Part shown: positions 7,093-14,721 of the stretch, one piece after another
Position numbering within the stretch: position 1 is the stretch's first letter
Layout: each line of letters starts with the position of its first letter
NCBI GenBank assembly: GCA_026647295.1
Contig: JAPKHB010000002.1
Location: 1 to 32,838, forward strand
Origin: Planctomycetota bacterium
GTDB taxonomy: Bacteria; Planctomycetota; PLA2; JAEUHO01
Direction of reading: 5' to 3'
DNA: 32,838 bases
The notes under the pieces: generated by a model
What the model was told of the DNA's origin: nothing
The model's database searches: none
The model's input: only the letters and a program-made list of their open reading frames with translations
Made by a program: the position numbers and the translations under genes

Positions 7093-8163
7093 ATGGCCAG
7101 CGCGACCATCGAGGAACTGCTGCAGATCCTCGTGGACCGGAGGGGGTCCGACCTGCACATCTCGGCCGGGAGCGAGCCGAAGATCCGGGTCGACGGGCAC
7201 CTGCACGGCACGGAGCACGGGATGCTCCGCCCGGACGACACCAAGTCGCTGGTCTACTCGTTCCTCACGGCGGACCAGATCGCCCGCTTCGAGCAGGAGT
7301 ACGAACTCGACCTCTCCTTCGGCATCGACGGGCTCGGGCGCTTTCGCGTGAACGTGTTCTACCAGCGCGGCTCCGTCGGGGCGGTGCTGCGCATGATCCC
7401 GGCGGTGATGCGCAACTTCGAGGACCTGGGCCTGCCCCGGGGCATCTGCGAGCAGGTCTCGAGCCTGCCGCGCGGGCTCGTGCTGGTGACCGGCGCCACC
7501 GGCAGCGGCAAGAGCACGACGCTGGCGGCCATGATGGACTACGTCAATGAGACGCGCGCCGATCACGTGCTCACGATCGAGGACCCGATCGAGTTCCTCC
7601 ACCGCAACAAGGGCTGTCTCTTCAACCAGCGCGAGGTCGGCTCGGACACGAAGGGGTTCAAGCGGGCCCTGCGCAGCGCGCTCCGCGAGGACCCCGACGT
7701 CGTCCTGGTCGGCGAGTTGCGCGACATGGAGACGATCGAGGCGGCGCTCACGATCGCCGAAACGGGCCACCTGACCTTCGGCACCCTGCACACCAGCGAT
7801 TGTGTGCAGACGATCAACCGCATCGTGGACGTGTTCCCGTCCCACCAGCAGCAGCAGATCCGCACCCAGCTCTCCTTCACGCTGCAGGCCGTGCTGTGCC
7901 AGCAGCTCCTGCCGGCGGCCAGCGGCGTCGGCCGCGCGCTGGCCCTCGAGATCATGGTCGCCAACTCGGCCGTGCGGGCCCTGATCCGCGACGACAAGGC
8001 GCACCAGATCTACAGCATCATCCAGACGGGCGGAAAGCTCGGGATGCAGACGATGAACCAGAGCCTGGGCCAGCTCGTGCGGAAGAACGCCATCACCTAC
8101 GAACAGGCCCTCAACCACTCCAGCGACGTCGAGGACCTGCGGCGCACGCTCGCCCGGGCGTAG
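7093..8163 (+). CDS. pilT: type IV pilus retraction ATPase PilT
   Basis: ATG 7093 has GGAGG at 7080-7084. Walker A is GATGSGKSTT. The Asp/His boxes are DVVLVGELRDMETIEAALTIAETGHLTFGTLHTSD. A PilT-type motif AVRALIRDDKAHQIYS is present. Length is 356 aa. Confidence 0.95.
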   Translation: MASATIEELLQILVDRRGSDLHISAGSEPKIRVDGHLHGTEHGMLRPDDTKSLVYSFLTADQIARFEQEYELDLSFGIDGLGRFRVNVFYQRGSVGAVLRMIPAVMRNFEDLGLPRGICEQVSSLPRGLVLVTGATGSGKSTTLAAMMDYVNETRADHVLTIEDPIEFLHRNKGCLFNQREVGSDTKGFKRALRSALREDPDVVLVGELRDMETIEAALTIAETGHLTFGTLHTSDCVQTINRIVDVFPSHQQQQIRTQLSFTLQAVLCQQLLPAASGVGRALALEIMVANSAVRALIRDDKAHQIYSIIQTGGKLGMQTMNQSLGQLVRKNAITYEQALNHSSDVEDLRRTLARA

Positions 8164-8186
8164 CGCCGGAGGTCCCAGGAGGCGCC

Positions 8187-9935
8187 ATGGTCAGCTTCAA
8201 CCGCCGCATCGTGCGAATCCTCGAGGAGACCGGCGCGGTCGAGATGAGCGTGCTGGCCGAAGCGGCGCAGGTGGCCGCCGCCGGCGAGCGCTCGCTCACC
8301 GACCACCTGCTCGAAGCGGGGCGGTTCCGCGAGCCGGACCTGCTCGGCCTGCTGTCGGACCGGCTCGGCGTCCCGCCCGTCGACCTCACCCGGGTGCGCA
8401 TCCCCGACGAGTTGCGCGAGGTGGTGTCGCCGGACCTGGCGAAGGCGGCCTGCTGCCTGCCGCTCTCCAAGGTGGGCAACCTGCTCACCGTCGCCGTCTC
8501 CAATCCCTACGACGTGGTCAAACACGACGACCTGCGGCTGGCCACGGGCTGCGAGTTGCGCCTGGCCCTGGCGCTGGAACCCACGCTGCGCAAGCGCATC
8601 GAGCAGTACTACTTCGCCCGCGAGCAGAACCTGGCCCAGATCCTGGACGACGTCGACCCGGAACTCGAACTGGGCCGCCTGGGGGAGCCCGAAGAGGGGA
8701 TCGTGGACGTGGGCGGGGTCGGCGGCGACGACGCCCCGGTCATCAAGCTCGTCAACCTGATCATCTTCAACGCCATCAAGGGCAAGGCGTCGGACATCCA
8801 CATCGAGCCCTTCGAGAAGCGCATCCAGGTGCGCTACCGCGTCGACGGCGAACTCGAACTGGCGATGGAGCCGCCCAAGCGGATGCAGAACAGCGTCGTG
8901 TCGCGGCTCAAGATCATGGCCGGGCTCGACATCGCCGAGCGGCGCAAGCCCCAGGACGGCAAGTTCCAGGTGCGGGCGGAGGGGCGCGCGATCGACTTCC
9001 GCGTCTCGACGCTGCCCTGCGTGCACGGCGAGAAGGTCGTGCTGCGAATCCTGGACGCATCCAACCTCGCCCTCTCGCTGGACAAGCTGGGCTTCGAGGA
9101 GAAGGCGCTCAACGACTTCCGCGAGGCCATCGCCAGCCCGTACGGGATGATCCTGGTGACGGGCCCCACCGGCTCGGGCAAGACGACCACGCTGTACAGC
9201 GCGGTCAAGGAGATCATGACGCCCGACGCCAACTTCGTGACGGTGGAAGACCCGGTCGAGTACCAGATGGAGGGCCTCAACCAGGTCCAGGTCAACGTGA
9301 AGAGCGGGCTCACCTTCGCCGCGGCCCTGCGGTCGATCCTGCGCCAGGACCCGGATACGGTCATGATCGGCGAGATCCGCGACACCGAGACGATCGAGAT
9401 CGCCATCAAGGCCGCGCTCACCGGCCACCTGGTGCTCTCGACCCTGCACACCAACGACGCGGCCGGGACCATCTCGCGCATGGTGGACATGGGGGTCGAC
9501 CCCTTCATGGTGGCGTCCTCGACCCTGCTCGTCTCGGCGCAGCGGCTGATCCGCCGGCTGTGCCCCCACTGCCGCGACGCCTACGACGCCAAGCCCGAGC
9601 GACTGCTGCACGTGGGCTACACGCAGGCCGAGGTCGACCAGCGCCGCCCGATCTACCGGGCCAAGGGCTGCGGGCGCTGCACCAACGGCTACTCCGGGCG
9701 CTTCGCGCTGCTGGAAACGCTGCCCGTCAGCGAGGCCATCAAGCGCATGATCGTGGACGGCCACTCGGCGATCGAGATCCGCAACCGCGCCCTGGAGGAG
9801 GGCATGATCTCGCTGCGCCGCTGCGCGCTGCTCAACGCCCTGCGGGGCAACACGTCCATCGAAGAGGTGCTGCGCGTGACCTTGAGCGACGACCGCTCCG
9901 GGCTCGCGCGGCGCATGTCCGAGGCCGCTGAGTGA
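8187..9935 (+). CDS. pilB: type IV pilus assembly ATPase PilB (GspE family)
   Basis: ATG 8187 follows AGGAGG (8177-8182). The N-terminus looks like a T2SSE_N domain. Walker A is GPTGSGKTTT, followed by DTVMIGEIRDTETIEIAIKAALTGHLVLSTLHTND. The tetracysteine motif is CPHC...CGRC. The track start at 7800 was rejected because it overlaps pilT. Confidence 0.95.
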   Translation: MVSFNRRIVRILEETGAVEMSVLAEAAQVAAAGERSLTDHLLEAGRFREPDLLGLLSDRLGVPPVDLTRVRIPDELREVVSPDLAKAACCLPLSKVGNLLTVAVSNPYDVVKHDDLRLATGCELRLALALEPTLRKRIEQYYFAREQNLAQILDDVDPELELGRLGEPEEGIVDVGGVGGDDAPVIKLVNLIIFNAIKGKASDIHIEPFEKRIQVRYRVDGELELAMEPPKRMQNSVVSRLKIMAGLDIAERRKPQDGKFQVRAEGRAIDFRVSTLPCVHGEKVVLRILDASNLALSLDKLGFEEKALNDFREAIASPYGMILVTGPTGSGKTTTLYSAVKEIMTPDANFVTVEDPVEYQMEGLNQVQVNVKSGLTFAAALRSILRQDPDTVMIGEIRDTETIEIAIKAALTGHLVLSTLHTNDAAGTISRMVDMGVDPFMVASSTLLVSAQRLIRRLCPHCRDAYDAKPERLLHVGYTQAEVDQRRPIYRAKGCGRCTNGYSGRFALLETLPVSEAIKRMIVDGHSAIEIRNRALEEGMISLRRCALLNALRGNTSIEEVLRVTLSDDRSGLARRMSEAAE

Positions 9936-9985
9936 GGCGCGCGCCGAACCCGCCCCCGCGCTGCGGCTAGCCGCACAGGAGTCCC

Positions 9986-11260
9986 ATGCCCAGCTTCAAG
10001 TACAGCGCCCTTGGCACCGACGGCCGCACCGTCCACGGCGCCCTGGACGCGCCGAGCCAGTCCGAGTTGCTCGATGAGCTGCGCAAGCGCAGCCTGATGC
10101 CCCTCAAGGTCGAGGAGAAGCGCCGGGGCGGCCGCGCCCCCGCGGCGCCCGCCGGCGGGGGGGGCGCGGCGGCCCGGGGCGGCCTCTTCGGGCTCACGCT
10201 GGGCGGCGTGCGCCCCGGCGTACGGCGCAAGGAAGAGGTGGTGATCTTCACCCGCCAGCTCGCCACGATGATCGGGGCGGGCATCCCGATGCTGGAGTGT
10301 CTGGAGATCCTGCGCGAGCAGGCGGGCTCGAAGCAGTTCCACCTGCTCCTCGGCGAGGTCATCGACCACGTGCGGGCCGGCCAGGACCTGAGCAGCACGC
10401 TGGCGCGGTACCCGAAGGTGTTCTCCGACGTGTTCGTGAGCATGATCCGCGCCGGCGAGGCGTCCGGCCAGATCGACGACATCCTGCTACGCCTGGCGGA
10501 CTACCTGGAGGCCACCGCGCGCCTCAAGCGCGAGATCAAGGCCGCCATGACCTACCCGGTCGTCTCGCTGGTCATGATCTTCGGCATCACGGGCTTCCTG
10601 ATGATCGCCATCGTGCCGAAGTTCAAGGAGGTGTTCCAGCAGATGGGGGTGGAACTCCCCGCGCTCACCCGGGGCACGCTGGCCGCCTCGGCCTTCTGCG
10701 AGGAGAACTGGGCCCTGATGATGGCCGGGCTGGTGTTCCTGATCGGCCTGTGCTCGATCTGGAAGCGCACCGAGAAGGGGAGCTACCAGTGGGACTGGCT
10801 CATGCTCCACCTGCCGATCTTCGGCGTGCTGTTCCAGAAGGTGGGCCTCTCGCGCTTCTCCAAGACCTTCTCCACGATGCTCAAGTCCGGCGTGCCGATC
10901 CTGGGTGCGCTGGAGATCGTGGCCGACACCTCCGGCAACCGGATCATCTCCGACGCCGTGCTGGCCGCGCGCGAGAACGTGCGCCAGGGCGAGGGGCTCC
11001 AGGGCCCGCTGTCGGAGAGTCCGGTGTTTCCCCCGATGGTGACCCGGATGGTCGGCATCGGCGAGAAGACGGGTTCGCTCGAGTCGCTGCTCGAGAAGAT
11101 CAGCGAGTTCTACGACGACCAGGTGCGCAGCACGGTCAAGCAGCTCACCAGCCTGATCGAACCGCTCATGATCGCCGTCATGGGCGTGATGGTCGGCACG
11201 ATCTGCCTCGCCGTGTTCCTGCCCATCTTCGAGCTGCAGAAGCAACTCGCGGCCCGCTAG
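9986..11260 (+). CDS. pilC: type IV pilus platform protein PilC (GspF family)
   Basis: ATG 9986 follows AGGAG (9977-9981). There are two GspF repeats (FTRQLATMIGAGIPMLECLEIL and FSKTFSTMLKSGVPILGALEIV) and three hydrophobic segments. Confidence 0.95.
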   Translation: MPSFKYSALGTDGRTVHGALDAPSQSELLDELRKRSLMPLKVEEKRRGGRAPAAPAGGGGAAARGGLFGLTLGGVRPGVRRKEEVVIFTRQLATMIGAGIPMLECLEILREQAGSKQFHLLLGEVIDHVRAGQDLSSTLARYPKVFSDVFVSMIRAGEASGQIDDILLRLADYLEATARLKREIKAAMTYPVVSLVMIFGITGFLMIAIVPKFKEVFQQMGVELPALTRGTLAASAFCEENWALMMAGLVFLIGLCSIWKRTEKGSYQWDWLMLHLPIFGVLFQKVGLSRFSKTFSTMLKSGVPILGALEIVADTSGNRIISDAVLAARENVRQGEGLQGPLSESPVFPPMVTRMVGIGEKTGSLESLLEKISEFYDDQVRSTVKQLTSLIEPLMIAVMGVMVGTICLAVFLPIFELQKQLAAR

Positions 11261-11274
11261 CCGCGGGGGAGTGT

Positions 11275-11359
11275 ACAGTCCGCGCGGCCGCGCGGAGCGC
11301 AGCGGGTGGGGCGTCTCGGTGCGCGAAGGCCCTGGAATGATGCACCGGAGCCTGGCTCC
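11275..11359. repeat. 85-bp direct repeat, copy A (structured, palindrome-rich)
   Basis: ACAGTCCGCGCGGCCGCGCGGAGCGCAGCGGGTGGGGCGTCTCGGTGCGCGAAGGCCCTGGAATGATGCACCGGAGCCTGGCTCC. It is 82/85 identical to 11433-11517. Confidence 0.9.
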
Positions 11360-11432
11360 ACCGTGAGGGGTGCAGGGGGGGTACGGAATAGCCACCCTGC
11401 CGCGTAGCCGCCGCCTGGCGGCGGCGCAGCGC

Positions 11433-11517
11433 ACAGTCCGCGCGGCAGCGCGGAGCGCAGCGGGTGGGGCGTCTCGGTGCGCGAAGGCCGTCGAATGATG
11501 CACCGGAGCCTGGCTCC
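11433..11517. repeat. 85-bp direct repeat, copy B
   Basis: Same sequence as copy A, 158 bp downstream. The differences are at 11447 (A versus C), 11490 (G versus C) and 11492 (C versus G). Confidence 0.9.
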
Positions 11518-11586
11518 GTACGGTAGATCGAGGGGCGCGGCGGCGTGCGCGGCGGGCGGTAGGCTGGGCGGCTCCGGAGACCTGTC

Positions 11587-12554
11587 GTGAACGAGTCCGT
11601 CGCCCGTGCTTCCTTCCGCAAGCGCCACCCGGTGCTGGCCCGGGGGCTGCTCTTCGGGCTGGGCGGCGGCGCGGCGGCGCTGCTGCTCGTGCTCCTGTCC
11701 GAGCGCGAGGCCGTGGACCGCGCGGACCGCCGGGCGGCGCTCCAGGCGCGGATCGAGATGCTCCCCATCGCCTTTGCCGCCGACCGGAGCGGCAAGGTGC
11801 TCTGGGAGGCCCTGGAGGCCCCGGACCTCGCGCCGAAGGGGCTCCCGGCGGAGTTCCTGCCCCGCGTGCTGCGCTGGCGGGGCTCGCGCTCGCCGCCCAG
11901 GGCCGGGGCGAGGAGGCCGACGCGGCCTACGGCGCGGCCTGGATGCTCGACCAGCCCCGCCGCGAGGTCGGGGCCCTGCTCGTCGAGTGGGCCAGCGCCC
12001 GGCTCCTCCTGGGCCGCCCGGAGGACGCCCTGTTCCTGCTGGACCGCTCCCAGGTGGTGGGCAGCGGCCCCCTGGGCCTGCTGGGGGTGGCGGTGCGCAG
12101 CCTCGCCGAGGCCCGGCTCGGGCGGGCGGGGGAGGCGGCGGCGCGGCTCGAGGCCGCGCTGGCGGCGCTCGACGTGCCCCTTCCCGACGAGCCGCGGGAC
12201 TGGGTGTGCCCGGTCGAGTGGGGGTGGGCCGAGGCGGCCGTCACGGCCACCGAACACCTGGTCGACCTGCGGGGGGAAGTCCGGGCTCCGGGGGCCTGGG
12301 TGCGCCTGGCGGCGCTGGCGCCCGGGCACTTCGAGGCCCAGTGGAAGGCGGCCCGGGGGCTGCGGACGGCGGGCGAGCCCGAGGCGGCGCTCCAGGCCTG
12401 GGCGCGGGCGGCCGCGCTCGACCCCGACGGGGCGCGGGCGCTGGCCCGCCGCGACCCGGACCTCGGGGAACTGGAGGCCCGGCGGGCCCAGGGGTCGGCC
12501 GGTGGGGAGGCTCCTGACCCGGCGCTTCAGTCCGGGCCCGGGACCGGTCGATAG
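11587..12554 (+). pseudogene. membrane-anchored TPR-like protein gene split over two reading frames (frameshift near 11865-11885)
   Basis: GTG 11587 has GGAGA 6 nt upstream. That frame is protein-like for ~95 codons (a TM helix LLFGLGGGAAALLLVLL, then ...LPAEFLPRVL) and then turns into R/P/G junk. The frame of the 11943..12554 ORF is protein-like from ~11871 onward (LAGLALAAQGRGEEADAAYGAAWMLDQPRRE... TPR-like), which is upstream of its first ATG. Confidence 0.5.
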
Positions 12555-12761
12555 GGCGCGCGGTCCGAGGAGGTCTCACCCGCCTCCGAGGGCCGGGACT
12601 GGACGGCGTCCTCCCCCCAAGGAGGTCCCTGCCCGGCGTTTCGCCCGACCCGTGGCGAGACGCAAGGGGCAGGAGGCCGGGCCGCAAGCGGCCCGGTCCG
12701 AGTCGTCCGGCTCCCCGGACGGGTCCGGACCCCTTCAACCATCCCTTCGGAGCACTCCCTC

Positions 12762-13430
12762 ATGTCCCGCAAGCAAGCTGGCTTCACCCTGATCGAGCTG
12801 ATGATCGTGATCGCGATCATCGCCATCATCGCGGCGATCGCCATCCCGAACCTCCTGGCCGCGCGCCTGTCGGCCAACGAGACGGCGGCGATCGCGACGC
12901 TGCGCAACATCATCTCCGCCCAGGCCCAGTTCCAGCAGGGCGCCAAGGCGGACACCGACAACGACGGCACCGGCGAGTACGGGGGCTTCATCGAACTGTC
13001 CGGCGCCGCCGCGGGCCGGATGGCCGCCCCGCTGGTCCCGCCGGTCCTGTCGGGCGCCTTCCGCGTGCTCAACGCCAACGGCGAGGTGAGCCGTTCGGGG
13101 TACTTCTTCCGCGTGTACCTCCCGGACGACGCGGGTGACGGCGTGGGCGAGCCCCAGGTGGGTTACGCCGACGACGGATCGCTGAACGGCGACCTGGCCG
13201 AGACGACCTGGTGCTGCTACGCCTGGCCGGTGAACTACAACCAGAGCGGCAACCGCACCTTCTTCACGAACCAGGGCGGTGACGTGATCGCCACCGAGGA
13301 CAGCGCCTACAGCGGGACGGGTGCGGGCCCTGCCGCCGAGGCGGCCTTCCAGGCCGGCACGGCCATCACCGGCAGCGTCGCCATCGGTGTGGCCGGCGTG
13401 GACGGCAACACCTGGAAGCAGGTCAACTAG
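12762..13430 (+). CDS. pilA: type IV pilin / pseudopilin-like protein with prepilin leader
   Basis: The leader MSRKQAG|FTLIELMIVIAIIAIIAAIAIPNLL has the cleavage-site G, F+1 and E+5. GGAG lies 9 nt upstream. The globular part is 222 aa overall, with only two adjacent Cys residues. The symbol is tentative: it is the only pilin in the window. Confidence 0.85.
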   Translation: MSRKQAGFTLIELMIVIAIIAIIAAIAIPNLLAARLSANETAAIATLRNIISAQAQFQQGAKADTDNDGTGEYGGFIELSGAAAGRMAAPLVPPVLSGAFRVLNANGEVSRSGYFFRVYLPDDAGDGVGEPQVGYADDGSLNGDLAETTWCCYAWPVNYNQSGNRTFFTNQGGDVIATEDSAYSGTGAGPAAEAAFQAGTAITGSVAIGVAGVDGNTWKQVN

Positions 13431-13490
13431 GCCATCTCCGCTCCGCGCGGAGTCCGGCGCTCGCCGGGCCCCCCGCCGGTTGGGACCCTC

Positions 13491-13529
13491 GCCGGAGCCG
13501 GGATCCGCCTCGCGGAGCCCGGCTCCGGC
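13491..13529 (+). terminator. 18-bp (one mismatch) GC hairpin downstream of the pilin gene (candidate terminator or attenuator)
   Basis: GCCGGAGCCGGGATCCGC-CTC-GCGGAGCCCGGCTCCGGC forms 17 of 18 pairs with a 3-nt loop, 61 nt after the pilin stop. There is no U-tract. Confidence 0.45.
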
Positions 13530-13600
13530 AGTTGCTGCGGGTGCGGGCGCGGAAGGCCCCCGGGGCGTGACCTCGAGCCCGCGGCGGGCGAGGAGGGGCC

Positions 13601-14710
13601 GTGGCTGCCGCCTCGCGCCCGCTCGAGTGGCTGACCCTCGCCCTGGCCCAGGGACTCGGCCGGCGCCTGGCCTGGCGGATCGTGGCCGACCTGGGCTCGC
13701 CCGGGGCCGTGCTGCGGGCGCCGCGCGGGCGCCTGGTCGAGCGCCTGGGTGCGGCGCGGGCCGACGCCCTGCGGGCGGGGCTGTGCGAAGCCCGCGCCCG
13801 GCGGGCGCTGGGGGCCGCGCGGGCCGCCGGCCAGCGGGTGCTCACCCCGGCTGCCCGGCGCTGGCCCGCGGCCCGCCTGGCCGGGCTTCACGATCCGCCG
13901 CTGGCCCTGTTCGCCGTGGGGCGGCGTCCGCCGGCCGCCGCGCCCGTCGCCGCGATCGTGGGCACGCGCGAGGCCTCCCACTACGGCCTGGCGATCGCCC
14001 GCGCCCTCGGCCGTGACCTGGTGGAGGCCGGGGTGTGGGTGGTGAGCGGGATGGCGCTCGGCGTGGACGGGGCCGCGCACGAGGGCGCGTTGGAGGCGCG
14101 GGCGACGCGCGGGGCCGCGACCCTGGCCGTGCTCGGGACCGGGGCGGACGTCGCCTACCCGCTCGCGCACCTCGCGCTGCGCCGCCGGATCGCGGCGCAG
14201 GGCGGCCTGCTCACCGAGCACCCTCCGGGCACGGCGCCCGAGCGCCACCACTTCCCGCAACGCAACCGGCTGGTCGCGGCGCTAAGCGACGTGGTGGTCG
14301 TGGTGGAGGCGCCGGCCCGCAGCGGGGCCCTGCTCACCGCCCGCGACGCGCTGGAACTCGGTCGCGACGTGCTGGCCGTGCCCGGTCCGGCGGGCTCGGG
14401 TCGCCACGCCGGCTCCCACCGCCTCCTGCGCGAAGGGGCCGGCCTGTGCGAGGGGGCCGCGGACGTGCTGCGGGCGCTTCGGCTCGACCCGGAGCGCCCG
14501 GTCCCGCCGACGGCGGGCGCGGGCCCGGGCGCGCCCCTCGCGGAGGCCGAGCCGTTGGCCGCCTTCCTCGACCCCGCGGAGCCGCTCGCCCTCGACGAGC
14601 TGTGCCGGCGGGCCGGCGCGCCGGCCCGCGAGGCGCTGCTCGCCCTGGCGCGCCTCGAGTCCGAGGGCCGCGTGCGCCGGGTGGGCGGAGGCTGGCAACT
14701 CGTCGGCTGA
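13601..14710 (+). CDS. dprA: DNA-processing protein DprA (Smf)
   Basis: GTG 13601 follows AGGAGGGG. DprA Rossmann-like motifs are present: AIVGTREASHYG, VVSGMALGVDGAAHEGAL, FPQRNRLVAALSDVVVVVEA, RSGALLTARDALELGRDVLAVPG. The C-terminal tail looks like a winged helix. Confidence 0.9.
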   Translation: MAAASRPLEWLTLALAQGLGRRLAWRIVADLGSPGAVLRAPRGRLVERLGAARADALRAGLCEARARRALGAARAAGQRVLTPAARRWPAARLAGLHDPPLALFAVGRRPPAAAPVAAIVGTREASHYGLAIARALGRDLVEAGVWVVSGMALGVDGAAHEGALEARATRGAATLAVLGTGADVAYPLAHLALRRRIAAQGGLLTEHPPGTAPERHHFPQRNRLVAALSDVVVVVEAPARSGALLTARDALELGRDVLAVPGPAGSGRHAGSHRLLREGAGLCEGAADVLRALRLDPERPVPPTAGAGPGAPLAEAEPLAAFLDPAEPLALDELCRRAGAPAREALLALARLESEGRVRRVGGGWQLVG

Positions 14711-14721
14711 CGCGCGGGCCG

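Noticed and set aside
6541-9764. 525-aa and 555-aa minus-strand ORFs opposite pilT and pilB
   Set aside because: They are mirror-frame artefacts of strongly conserved ATPase genes. They are rich in the D/H/V/L/R patterns typical of antisense translation of GC3-biased genes.
11275-11517. The 85-bp repeats as a CRISPR array or as ends of a mobile element
   Set aside because: There are only two copies. The repeats are far longer than CRISPR repeats. They are direct rather than inverted. Only 73 bp lie between them, which is too little to hold cargo. There is no cas, transposase or integrase gene in the window.
12555-12761. Sigma54 (-24 TGGCAC / -12 TTGC) promoter upstream of the pilin, expected because an NtrC-type activator is encoded nearby
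   Set aside because: I scanned by eye for GG-N10-GC with appropriate flanks. Candidates such as TGGCGAGACGCAAGG and TGGACGGCGTCCTCC have the wrong spacing or the wrong -12 element. The same negative result holds for 11518-11586 and for GGCACGGTTGCC near 32507 (GG-N7-GC). A by-eye scan cannot exclude a degenerate site.
11587-12792. Single continuous 401-aa ORF from GTG 11587
   Set aside because: After about codon 95 the translation becomes an R/P/G/S-rich string and runs into the pilin gene. The TPR-like sequence is in another frame, so a frameshift model was preferred.
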